Assembly (NCBI GenBank): GCA_964187785.1
Contig: OZ076420.1
Location: 27,342,001 to 27,406,000, forward strand
Direction of reading: 5' to 3'
Origin: Amphiscolops sp. MND2022
Taxonomy: Eukaryota
DNA: 64,000 nt
Part shown: positions 1 through 11,949 of the stretch, one piece after another
Position numbering within the stretch: position 1 is the first letter of the stretch
Layout of the letters: each line of letters begins with the position of its first letter
Translations under genes and position numbers: made by a program
Notes under the pieces: generated by a model
What the model was told of the DNA's origin: nothing
What the model saw: the letters and a program-made list of their open reading frames with translations, nothing else
The model's database searches: none

Positions 1-2290
1 TAGAGGGTGAAGTTAAGGCATTGAAACAGGACCGATTTAATGACAAACCTCGTGAAAAAACTTTCTCCGAAGCAGTAAACTCGAATGATCCAGGGCCAAA
101 CACTGGTAGTGCTCATGTTTTTCAAACCTAATGATTAGACGCTTTTTAATGACAACTCATTGGTCTGTAGATCGAAGCCAGTTCGCAAGAAACGTGAAGT
201 AAAAATGGGGACAGGTGAAACTGAAACCTTCAAAGGTGTTGAAAAGCCACCTCCTGGAAAATATATCTACAATGGGCGAGTATCTATGCAATTTGATATC
301 GAAACAGTTCGTAACTACTGCAACGAAAAACAGATGGGTTTGCTCCATATGAGAAAAATCTCGAGTGACATTTGGTTTTTCACTGTGGGTTTGAAATAAA
401 GGATATAGACTTTGAATATCCATCATTGTGACCCAAAAATGTTCTTATTGGAAGGTATCGCCGGAATGATTCATCCCGCAAGAGGTTGAAAACTTTTCCA
501 AAAAATTGACAATCAAAAGTAAAGCCAGAGGTTTTGAAATGCTCGGTGTATAAAGCCAGATCAGTGAGAAACAAGACGATGGAATTTAACTCCGCCTTTC
601 TGTCCTCTCAGTCATAACTGATTACTATTACTGAAAGTTTGATCCAAACAAATGAAAACGATGATTTTCTCATGAAAGAATGCTTGCCTGAAAGTTACAT
701 TCCATTGTCTTTTCCCCAGGGAGTTTTCAACTGGTGGTGGTATTCTTCTCATACATAGAAAAGATATTTCTATTTCTGATATTCAAAATCTATGCGACCA
801 AGACTTCGAAATTGTTACTTGTCGAGTACTTTCCTTGATTTATCCCATAATTTTTATCTGCTGCTGTCGTCCACCCTCTGGAAACTTGCAACTCTTTCTA
901 GGAGAGTTTCATGACTTACTTGTGAAATTTTTGTCTGAATACACCTTGTGTTGTGGTGATTTCAATATTCACGTCAATCGAATATGTCCAGCTTCGAATG
1001 AATTTAAAGATATTATCGATGAGTTTGGACTTGTACAGTCAGTTGAACTACCAAATCATAAAAGTAGTAACACATTTGATCTTGTCATTGGACCACAAAA
1101 GTTTGAAATATGTCTTGTTAGTGTCTCCACATCGGATCACAAGTAGCTAAATTTTGATTGCTTGAAACTTCTTCCGGAAAAACGTGAAAAAATTGTTGTC
1201 AAATTCAGAACTTGCAATAATATTAACCTTGTAGATTTCAATGAAGAATCTTTTATCACCTGTGGTCTGTCCTAGGGTCTCCTCTGATTGACAGTTTCTG
1301 GGAAACCCTTCAAGCAATAAGTGACCAATATGTTCGAGAAATGGAAAGAGTTTTCTCGAAACACGATTGCCTTTTTTACGATAATGAACTGAGAGCATGT
1401 AAGAGGGAACGGCTCAATTGAGTAGATTATTCAGAAACACGCGGTCCATCATCCTATGCGAGTTGCGACAAAAAACTACCTCAAGCTATTTCATGAAAAA
1501 CGTTCCAGGTTTTTGGAGGAGAAACGTAATGAAGTTGATACGTCGAAGCTGGAAGTCGCGGCCATTGAAACCCTCCTTGGATCTAAAAAGAAAGCGACTC
1601 TGCTTTCTGTTTTTCCTCGTGTGAAATTAGCAAACAAATATAATAATTTTTCATATCCAAATTTCAGAATATTCTCAAGAGCATTTCGCCAGTATGATTG
1701 GACTTAAAAATCCTGGCCTCTGGAGACTTTTTGGAAAACTTTGAAAACGTTGATGACTAATATGTAGTGCTTGTTAGTAGTCAAGTGACGTCGAAATCTC
1801 GAACCAGTCAAAATGTACCTTCCAGAAGTTGTCATTTTTCTATAACCAGATGTCTGAGATTATCAATGAGTCTTTCCTTCAATGCCGCCTTCCCCACTGC
1901 TTTTAAACATGGGATAGCTATTCTTATTTTTAAACGTGGTGACAACGAAGATATATAAAGCTACAGACCAATCACGAAGTTGAATTTCGCTGCAAAAGGT
2001 ATTGAAAAGGTCATTTCTTTGCAACTCAAACGCTTTTTGGATAAACATGCAGTATTTGACGAGCATCAATCTGCGTATAGAAAATATCATTCAACAGAGA
2101 CAGCGTTATTAGACCTAATATCAAATCTCGTATGGGACCTGAAAGACAAGAGTACAATTCTGGTGATGTCCTTGGGTCTATAAGCAGCGTTCGACACCGT
2201 GGATCATGAAACACTTCTGTCGATGTTATTCCAAATTTTTATTGGTCAGGCGCATTCCTTTATAAAATCCTACCTGAATGGTCGAACATA
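1..2290 (+). mobile_element. Degenerate L2-clade LINE, 5' part: end of ORF1, APE endonuclease and N-half of RT, with many stops and frameshifts
   Basis: Manual translation gives APE motifs ITESLIQ..CLPESY..TGGGILLIH (~620-760), CGDFNIH (~950) and PNHKSSNTFDLVI (~1050-1090). RT motifs follow: FPTAFKHGIAILIFKRGD..YRPIT, EHQSAYRKYHSTETALLDL, L*AAFDTVDHETLL and SYLNGR (1860-2290). QSAYR..HSTETAL is typical of L2. Confidence 0.85.
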
Positions 2291-2299
2291 AATCCCTAC

Positions 2300-5200
2300 C
2301 TGAATGTGATAAACTTAATAAATAGTGTGTTTTCATTTGCGATATGATGACGACCGATGTGCCGGGGATCAACATGGCCAACACCGAGGGAATTCCGGAG
2401 ACGAAACGTGATCAATGTTCAGTTTGTAAAACGAAAATCAATGGTGAACTATTCAGCTGTGTGATGTGCCGGAAGACACTACACATGTCTGCTGACTGCA
2501 CAGGATTCTCAAAGGACGAAGTCTCGACGATCATCAGGCTAAGTAGAAATTTGTTACACGTTTGCAATGATTGTTCCAACGAACGTAAGGATGAGTTTTA
2601 TTCTTTCACCTGAACAACAGAAACAGAAAACTGATCTAAACTCCCTCGACGAAAAGCTCACGCAATATAACGAAAATGTTATTCAATCTCTTCATGTAGT
2701 TAAGGAAGTCCAGAAAAAATTGATTCTCTACAACGATATCAACCAAAAAGTTACACGGAAGCACTGCGCTCAGTCAAACCTGGAAAAACTATTACCGTAC
2801 CAATTCAAGAAAAACGAAATGTTCTTTTGGGGATTCGAATCAGGGGCATACCCGAAGCCATAGAAAGAACATCGAATGAAAGATTGAAGACGGACATTAA
2901 CTCTATAAAGTCTGTTCTTCAATTCTTGGAAAACAATGGCAAGATAACAAAGGTCAAACGTATTGGTCCTTACGATGATAGGAAACAGTTGAATGGGAAA
3001 CCCCGTCCGTGATCAATATTGTTCTCTCTGGAGGATGCAGCGAATAAAGACATTCTTTCAAAATCAGCACGCAAACTCAAGGATTTTTCTGCATTTGAAA
3101 ATGTTATCTACCTAAGTCCAGAAATAACTGTTGAGGACGCATCAAATGAAAGAGAATGTCTCAAGCTTCGTAGAAAGTTGATATTGGACGGTATCCCAGC
3201 TAAGGATATTCGTATCCGCAACCTTGAACTCCAACAATTCAAAGGAAATGAATTGTGCACCGTGTCCGGCCAAGCTGCCGACTCAGCCTCCAAATGCGAG
3301 TGACTAAGCAACAGAAAGTGAACCATGCACGGTATTACATACAATGTTCGTAGCATTCTTGAACTGTTTTGGCCAATGCATTTGCATTACAGGAAATTGA
3401 TATAGTGTGTCTATCTGAAACCTGGTTGACCGACTCTATCCCTTCAACTGCTCTATCTTTACCTGATTTCAATATTTACCGTGGAAACAGACCAGCTAAA
3501 TCAACCAACCAATCTATTAAATCAAAAGATTGCACAAGTCATGGTGGAGTCCTTATTGGGGTTAGGAAAGGCATTGCATCAAGACAAATTATATTATCTG
3601 ACAATCACAAATCTGACTGCCTGTGCACAAGGGTCGATGTCAACTCAAAATCATTCTTGATCGTTTGTATTTACTGTCCTCTAAAAAATAGCCCATATAG
3701 GTGGACAATAGACTGATTTCTGTCTCTGAAGGACAAATTAATAAAACGCTCTATCCTCTATGATACGACATTAATCACAGGGGACATAAACTTTGTCCTA
3801 ACAAACTGGGACACCTTAACCTCAACAAATACGTTTGAATCCCACGTTATAGACGTTCTTATTGAAGATGGTTTTCAACAAACTTTAAAAGATAGTATCA
3901 GCGGTCGCTCTTTTCAAGTTATACTTACTAACAACACCTCTAGTATTGTTAAATGGGTCCCCAGTATTACGGCGCATAAAGCGTATAGTGATAACGGTAA
4001 GCAGCTCAGTAATCATTATCCCTACTCAGTGGTATTAGAGGCAAGTTATTCTCATGCGGTCAAAACAGCCACGCGATATTCATACTCAACTACGGATTGG
4101 AATGTAGCAATAGAATACATACGATTAAACTCACTCAGGCCATATTGTTTTAACAATGTTGATGTCCTTCTGGCTTCATGATATAATTGGATCGATGAAA
4201 TTCACACCATTTCAATTGAAAGAAAAACTGAGCATCCGACAAATATTCCCCCATGGATTACATCTAGAATCTCTAGAATACTACGGATTGTAAAATCATT
4301 AGAGAGGAAACAATTAATGCGATTTGATGCAAAGAGATTCTCAAAAAATCTCAATTAACTGCCGCAGCACTTGATCTATCAAAAGAAGATATTAGTCTGT
4401 TCGAAAGTTCGGTGTTTTCTAGTGGGGTGTTTGACAAAATCTACAAGTACTTCAAAGTGATTAAGTGCCCTCATATTCTTCCTTCAACTATGAACTACCG
4501 AAGCATTACTGCAGAGACAGATTTTGACAAAGCAAGAATGTTCAACAATTTCTTTCCTAATGTTTACAATGCTAAAGAAGAGTTTTTTCTCCCGCAAGTG
4601 CCTCTCACCGAAAATATCTCAACCAGAATCAACTTCACACTGGACGATGTTAAATCAATTCTTGGGAGCTTGAATATGCAAAAAGCATGTGGCGAAGATG
4701 GGGTGCCAAATATTCTCCTGAATAAACTGGGTGAACAGCTTGCTCCATCTATTTTCTTGCTTTTGAAGACGTTCACCTGTAAGAAGATTTTCCCTGCAAA
4801 ATGGAAAAGAGCATTGATATTGCCTATATTCAAAGACGGTAACAAGTCAGATGTTGAAATGTATTGACCAGTTGCTCTATTTGCTTGTGTTTCAAACGTG
4901 TACGAAAAAAAATTACAAGGACTNNNNNNNNNNNNNNNNNNNNNNNNNNNNNNNNNNNNNNNNNNNNNNNNNNNNNNNNNNNNNNNNNNNNNNNNNNNNN
5001 NNNNNNNNNNNNNNNNNNNNNNNNNNNNNNNNNNNNNNNNNNNNNNNNNNNNNNNNNNNNNNNNNNNNNNNNNNNNNNNNNNNNNNNNNNNNNNNNNNNN
5101 NNNNNNNNNNNNNNNNNNNNNNNGTCCCGCAGGGATCAATATTAGGCCTCTATTCGTTATACATGTCAACGACTTTCCTGAATTGTTCATCAGTCAGCGT

Positions 5201-5953
5201 AGATAAGCCCAAGAGGACCTAGGGGTAATGGTCAGCGCAAATCTGCACTGGACCGAGCATTGGAAAAGGAGATGTATTAAAGCTTACGCAGCGTTTTTCA
5301 TGATCAAACGAAACGTCTCAAGTGTGACTACTCTATTAACAAAGCTTAACCTGTTCAAAAGTCATTTAGTACCAATTTTAACGTACGGAATGCAGGTATG
5401 TTACGCAAATTCAACTTCTCTGGCAAACTTGGAAATATTCCAAAAACGAGCTACAAAGTGGATCTGCTCTCATGGGCTAAATGGTTATAAAAGTCGACTG
5501 GTGAAACTTGGGTTGCTACCTATCTCCTTGTATATTGAGCTCCATGACCTTTTACTATTTGGGAAAATAATTAGAGGAGAATATCAAATTGATTGGCAAG
5601 ACCATGTTGCTACAATTCAAGGGAAAAGACCAACAAGATCTACAGATCACGAAAATCTTCAAGATATTTTTTACAACCCGGTGACTAATTTATCCGTATG
5701 CGAAGAAAACTTTTGGTACCGTGTCGTACAACTACCTTCGATCATTGGCAAGAAAGTCAGCATTTATTCGACCAATTTAAAAGCAGAACTAACTGTGTAT
5801 TATCAGGAGTCTTTTGCAATTCATTACGACTGTGACGACAAGAAGACTTGGAGAGTTTTGAATACGCAATGAAAAAGGCAAAAAGATTAGCGAACTTGAG
5901 GGCTTAACACCCTTTCCTCTATGGATGAAACATTTAATTTTATTATTATTATA
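2300..5953 (+). mobile_element. Near full-length but disrupted CR1-clade LINE (ORF1 with PHD finger and RRM-like region; ORF2 APE-RT), nested in the L2 element
   Basis: ORF1 has CSVC..CVMC..HMSADC..CNDC (PHD, 2344-2580) and GIRIRGIPE..VKRIG..PRP..YLSPEIT. ORF2 has YNVRSI, IVCLSETWL, HGGVLIG, GDINF, KACGEDGVP, FPAKWKRALILPIFKDG, VPQGSILG and LEIFQKRATKWI..RLVKLGLLP. It ends in a (TTA/TAT)n tail at ~5935-5953. The catalytic YADD segment is deleted at ~5190, where NDFPELF runs into QEDLGVMVS. Confidence 0.9.
4924..5123. other. Assembly gap (200 N)
   Basis: Fixed-length N run inside the CR1 RT region. Confidence 1.
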
Positions 5954-5954
5954 A

Positions 5955-6487
5955 TATGGTGCTCCAGATCCGTGATCAAAGAATTTAAAAAAGAGTTCAG
6001 AATAGAGCCGCATGCCTCCTCTTTCATCAAGTGCCGTATGCCTACTTATTCTAATGTAAAATTACTCTTGAATGAACTTCATTGGCTTCCAGTTGAGAAA
6101 AGAAATAGGTATAAAATCTGATGCTTTAAACACCGTCTTTATAATGACTTGCCTGTGCTTATTTACTTTTCAAGTACTCGGTACTCGGTTCTCAATACTT
6201 TTCACTCGGTACCGCTTTTCAAGAGACAGCAACTTGATCAGTACGATCTGAGAAATTCCGGAGAACGACAATTGACTGTCAGAATTACCAACAATACCTA
6301 TGGAAAACGATGCTTCTGGGTATCAGGTACTGAGTTATGGAATTCACTACCATGTGATCATATTTTGAGCCCATCATATGACACTTTCCAAGCAAAGACA
6401 TACCTATTCTGAACGCTTTGAGTGTTTAAAAAAGCGTCATTTACAACTTCAACTTCAATTTTAACTTCAAATCCAACTCCAACTTCG
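5955..6487 (+). mobile_element. 3' end of the L2-clade LINE, resuming after the CR1 insertion
   Basis: RVQNRAACLL..LLLNELHWLPVEKRNRYKI..YGKRCFWVSGTELWNSLP matches the L2 ORF2 C-terminal consensus (LHWLPV, WNSLP). An (AACTTC)n-like tail follows at ~6443-6487. Confidence 0.8.
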
Positions 6488-6597
6488 ACCATCCAAATAC
6501 AGGGGCATCAGCAAAAGGTCATATCTGTCAGACGCTCGCAATTCATTTTGTTTTTAATTTCTAAGATTAACTTCTTCGTCTCATTTTCACCAATAGG

Positions 6598-7531
6598 AAA
6601 GGCTGACCAAATATAATTGCCAATTTCAATTCTTTGAATTATTGATTACCATTTTCAATTATAATTTCGATTCGAATTATCCGATAACTTTTTCTGAAGT
6701 GTCAAATAATTGGAATAATTGGAAATTTTTGATCGCAGTTTTCGGCATGCACGATAGAGTGCAAGGAAGTTTTCAGTGGATAATATAACGAAAAATGCTA
6801 TTTTCAGGACTGCAATGATGAATGATTTGAATCAGAAAACCGGCCTCACGGAAAATGGTCTGCAACTGTTCACACAGTCCGGCGATAATAGCAACATCTG
6901 GAAGTGTAAGAACAATGGCGCCGAATGTAAAAAAGAAAAGGGCACAGGAAAAAATAGGATCTTGGAAGTATCAGGGCACTGTTCGACGAGCTTCTAAAGC
7001 AGATTCCCGAGCTTGACGAGTATCACAATCACCTTCATAGCTCTTCCTCGGTAGTAAAATGTGCTGATTTTGAGAGTGCAATTGTCAAAATTAAGATTCA
7101 AATGCAGACAAATAGACTGATTCAGCACAAACAAACTGCACAGGACCTCGAACTAGCAACAGTTGAAGTCAGCAACAAAAACGTGGTTCCAGATGATTTT
7201 GCATTCCCGATAATGAAGAAACGTGCCAAAATGGACTGCAAAAGAAAGTAGGTAAACACAAAATTTTTGCTCAGGACGTCAAATTTCGTTGAACGATTCT
7301 TCACCACAGTTGGTTTGAGCTACACTGATTATCGGCAATCACTTACACCTGCTCAACTCGAGGTCCAACATTTTTGAAGCTTAATCATTATTTTTGGAAC
7401 CACTAAAATGTACATAAAGTGATGACTAATTGATGAATTGACGTTGCCCAGTTATTGATTTTCCCCCAATTACAATTAGTTCTTAGATTTTGAAAACAAA
7501 CTTAACTGTAATTGATTTTTGGTCAACCCTG
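6598..7531 (+). mobile_element. Internally deleted hAT DNA transposon (934 bp) with degenerate TIRs and 8-bp TSD
   Basis: TIRs are aaaggctgaccaaatataattgc (6598) and the reverse complement of gtaattgatttttggtcaaccctg (ends 7531). Flanking 8-mers are ccaatagg (6590-6597) and ccaatagc (7532-7539). The interior has a BED-finger-like remnant WKCKNNGAECKKEKGTG and a hAT C-terminal dimerisation motif LLRTSNFVERFFTTVGLSYTDYRQSLTPAQLE..(fs)LKLNHYFW at 7261-7400. Confidence 0.8.
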
Positions 7532-8479
7532 CCAATAGCTTCATAATTGCGAGGGTACCTCTTCGTTTTTAGATGATTTCAGAGTTTCGCGATATTTAAA
7601 AGGTGGTCGATTGACTTCTGTTCGTAATCCAGGTACTTGAAACATATTGGAACAAACCTTCCGAGAAAAACCGGATGGACGTTTACAGTAATTGAAAAAA
7701 CGAAACACTAATTTTTTTCTGAACATGAAATATTTCATTCATTATACTTTTCCTCCTGCACGCATATATCAAGAGTCCGGATTTGATGAAAGGTTTCATG
7801 TAGGTGTTGTAATATCTTATCATTACAGCATTGCAGTTGAAATGCCTCAGGCGGTTAATAACAGATTTATGTTCGGGTAAGTTACTCAGGGTGATAGGAA
7901 TCAGATCGAACGCATCTAGTCGAACATGGTCTGTTACTTATGTAGAAATAACCCGGTCGAAATAACTTGAAATTATAATCTGGCCGACAGGAGGAATTAT
8001 TGGAATGAAATCGACACACGAATAACTGATTTTTAGTCGAAACTGACACACATCTCTCAAACAATCTCGTTGTGAGGTTAAACGGGGTAGAATTGGTGAA
8101 CAGGTGTGCTTTGAATTCTGGTCGAAATTCAAAATTGGAATTGATTCAGAGTATAAAATTTGCCTCCGACCTGTCCCCACTTCCTCCAGTACCCCAGGCC
8201 CCATTGGGCCATTTATGATCCCATCTTACTAAGTGAGATCGAACAGGGGCAAAGACATCGCAGGAATGAAGATCATAAAACGATCGTGTTTGCGACCGTA
8301 ATGGCGAGCGTGCATACACCGTTATTGACACCACATTATTTTCGATCATATCCACAAATTGATACATATTCTACCTAATTATGTCGACAAAAAAACTACC
8401 TCCTTCAATTTCGAACTAATTGTTTGTCGACCGAATTCGACCAAAAGTTTTTTGACCAGAATATTTCGACCAGAATATT

Positions 8480-11400
8480 TCGACCTGGTTATATGTTGCC
8501 ATTTACTCAATACTTGTTGGACGAGGAACACGTAAGTTAGTTTTTATCAAGTACAATTCCCAGATGTTTGACGTATTCGGTACAAGTTATTTCAGTCTTT
8601 TTTTGTACTAAGTTGTCATCTTTCTAGTTTAGCAAATGAACCAGTTCAGTTTTAGGAATGATTTGACTGAGTTTATTCACAGCCATCCATTCAGGATAAT
8701 GTTCAACTTCATCTTCCGATGCAGGTGTTTCATTTTTGTTTCTCAACCTAAAGACAGTTAGCGTCATTAGCGAAGAAAAACAGAACAATGTTTTTACATG
8801 AGTTCGTGGAATCCTTGACATAAATTTAAAAAAAAGCACGCGACAGTCACTAAGTAATGGCTTTCAGACTTATTCCAAACAGACCCCTCTGACCCCATGA
8901 GCTTCAAATTTGTACAGAAGATACACGTGGTTTATTGTATCAAAGGTTTTTTGTAAAAATACAAGAATTATTAATTATTAAATACAAGAATTACAGTAAA
9001 TTTGTAACTAAGTGTTTCCGTAATATCCGAGAGCGTGAACGGAGCTGAGTTTTGAACTGAATCCAAAGTGTCATGAGTAGAATAGTTTCTTTTTATTCAA
9101 GAAAGTATACAATCGCTCATATATAACACATTCCAAAACTTGCCTAATACTACACAAAACAGATATGGGTCTGTAAATTTCAGGTATAGTTTTCCTGGCA
9201 GAGTTGTAAATTGGTACCACTATCGCAGCTTATAAAGCCCGAGGGAATGTTCCACTTTTTAGCGACTCATTAACAAGTTAAATTAGATTTCAACTACGGT
9301 ATTAGGACTCACTTCTAGTATTCCTGCAGTCAACTCATCTTCCTGCAGTCAACTCATCGATCAAGTGAATTATGGTTCTTCACATGTTTATATTCCTCGA
9401 AAATTCTCTGCAATCAACTGGGTAGAAAAATATTGTTTTTTCCTTAACTTCAAAACCGTTATTTGCGAATGGGTCATTTTCAATTGACGCTGTTAAGACC
9501 TTACTGATGAAAACAAACTTTTCATTGAACGGCCACATCAATGTCATCCGTAATCAATTCATTTTTATCGTTCGTGTTGATGCAATTGGAATTACTTTCA
9601 ACGATTGGTTTTGATCGGTTCTTCGTTTTTTCTTAGGTTCTATTGATAGGTTCTGTTAGGTTCTTATTGATAAGTCTACCCAAACGTGAAACACAGTATT
9701 CGCGTTTGCCTTTTCTAAGCTGTTGGTGCAAAGTATTGCTGGCTCTTGTATAGCGTAGTTTGTTCTTATGGGTTTTACAGCACTTATACTTCTGCAATGT
9801 TTAACTCTTGCGAATTGAGGCTCTTTAAAATCACTTTGTGAACCAAGGTCTCACAGCATCTAGGGGTTTCGATAGTTTTTCTACAGTGAAAGCAATTTCT
9901 GCTTCCGATATTGCACTGGCAAAAGTTTCAGTAGACATGTTAATGTTCTGACCAAAGTCTGGAAGAGTTTGCAATGGTTCAAGGATATTAGATAGAGATT
10001 ACTGGCATTACTGTCTCGGAGAAACAGGCTATCCTTAACAAAATGTTGAGAACGAATGGATTGTAAATTTTTTATATTCAATTCAACGTAAGTTGCAAAA
10101 TGGCCTGTAATATACGTCTTGATAACTCCAACTTCCAGAGGTCTTTGGTGGACATTGTGGATTATATGATCGATTGGGAATTCTGAGTCCTGCGTCACAC
10201 GTGTTGGTTCTGCGATTCCGTGACTGCAACTATGATTTTCTAACAAGTTGAGATACATGTTTGCTACAGCACTGCAATGCAAGAGGACAATATTAAGATC
10301 GCTGATAAATGGTAGTTCTTAATTTTACTAAAAGATTCAAGAAGTTACTCGAACTGGTCCAAAAAGATCCTGTTTATATGCGGAAGTTGAGATGTATAAA
10401 CACTTGCCGGTGTACTTTTCGTTGTCCGTTGTGGTTCAGTTTACTCCAGTGAGATCAATTTGGGAATAGAATATATTTGTATGCGATGCTCCAACAGATC
10501 AGAGTTCAGCGATTCATGAACATACATTGTGACAGTTCTAGTTGGACCAGGTTTGAATTCCAAAAGCGCATAGGATTCTAATTAGTCCGCACTCTTGGTC
10601 GAGGATTCAGTGTTCCATGTTTAGGAACCGCAAAGACTAGACGCTTTATTTTCACAAAAGGTATCTATTAGCATATCTAGTTCCTCAAAAAGTTAGTCGA
10701 TAGACCTTACGTTCAAACAAAAACTAAATTCGGTCCTAACCTTTTTTACTTTTAGGTTCTTCGATTTTTAGCTTTCAGGGTGTAAACTAGATAGTCCCTA
10801 TCTAAAATGCAAACTGCTTTTGCAAACCGAGTAAACAAAATCTGGATCTCATTCACACAACTTAGAGAGGTTATCAAATACAATTTTGTTTTTGCTTGAT
10901 AGAACACAATTGTTTCATTGATCTTATTGACAAAAGTTACACCTTAACGTTGTCGCCAAGTATTAGCAATCCTGGCTCTCGAAAAAATTAGGTCGTCATT
11001 AGCGTAGGTTCGATTTTCACATTTTTTGAGTTTTGACTTGTTAGGCATCAGCACAAATTTTGTTTGCCTCCGTACAAACATTGCAACGATTGGACGCCCT
11101 TGACTAGGTTTCACACTACTGCTGGGCACTCTGTGACAGATCTTGATGTCCGCTCTTGATACTCTACTCCATGCTTTTTTGCCACATTGAACACCGTTTG
11201 ATAGACATCCTCATTGTCTTCGTCCTGTACCCCAAATATTCGTACATTGTCCCGTTTTCCTTACTGTTGGTTTGAGTCTGCATTAAATAAACTCGACTAT
11301 TCTCCACTGAACTCAGGCTGTTCAACACTTTTTGAATGTTTTGATTGCTACTTGGCCACCTCAACTGCTGCACATAAGTCACACGAAAAAGAGCACGTAA

Positions 11401-11850
11401 TAAAACTCTTCGGAATCTTTTAGCGAAGCCAGGTAGGAACCCGTGAGATGCATCCATCGCCAGTTTGCCCTTTTCCCGTACACTCAATCAAATTGGTGGT
11501 GGAACCAGTTTTCTTCATCAGGTTGAACCAGTTCAGGTATTAGGCATTGCTTCTAAACTATTTCATGAGTGTATCAAAGCAATTAGGCTAATGAAGTAGA
11601 AATGATTTGTTGATTTCAATCGTGTACTTTCCTCGAAAAACATTGTCGTCGTAGAAGCTCTAGATTCATATGAACGAGATTTTTCAATGTCGATCTGAAG
11701 ATGGGTTTCTTGCTTGAGCCCAGCTCTCCGTTTTTTCCTTTTCCGCAGCAGAACGTCTTATAACTGAAACAACAAGGTGACACGCATTAACTTGCATTTT
11801 AGGAGCCGAGTTTGGTAATTTGACTCGGGTTATGATCATTTGGTTTTTGT
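8480..11850 (-). mobile_element. Degenerate CR1/L2-like LINE: ORF1 (RRM type), APE and RT, apparently 3' truncated
   Basis: Minus-strand ORF1 has RDNVRIFGVQDEDNEDVY and ICHRVPS..RPIVAMFVRRQTK..YANDDL. APE has ISDLNI and PTRVTQDSEFPIDHII..TYITGHF. RT has AIVVPIY..YRPISVLCSIRQVLECVIYERLY and VKHLGIVLDKN (~8520-8580). Boundaries are approximate. Confidence 0.8.
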
Positions 11851-11949
11851 GGATTGAAAGTTTTTGAATTTTTCAAAATCTTGGTTGTTCGGAGAGAATG
11901 TAGCAGTACCAAAAGTCACCGTTCCTTCTCCGTCACTGTATTTGCATAC

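Noticed and set aside
4564-5222. ORFs containing X runs (also 37144-37536 and 37184-37414)
   Set aside because: Artefacts of translating through 200-N gaps.
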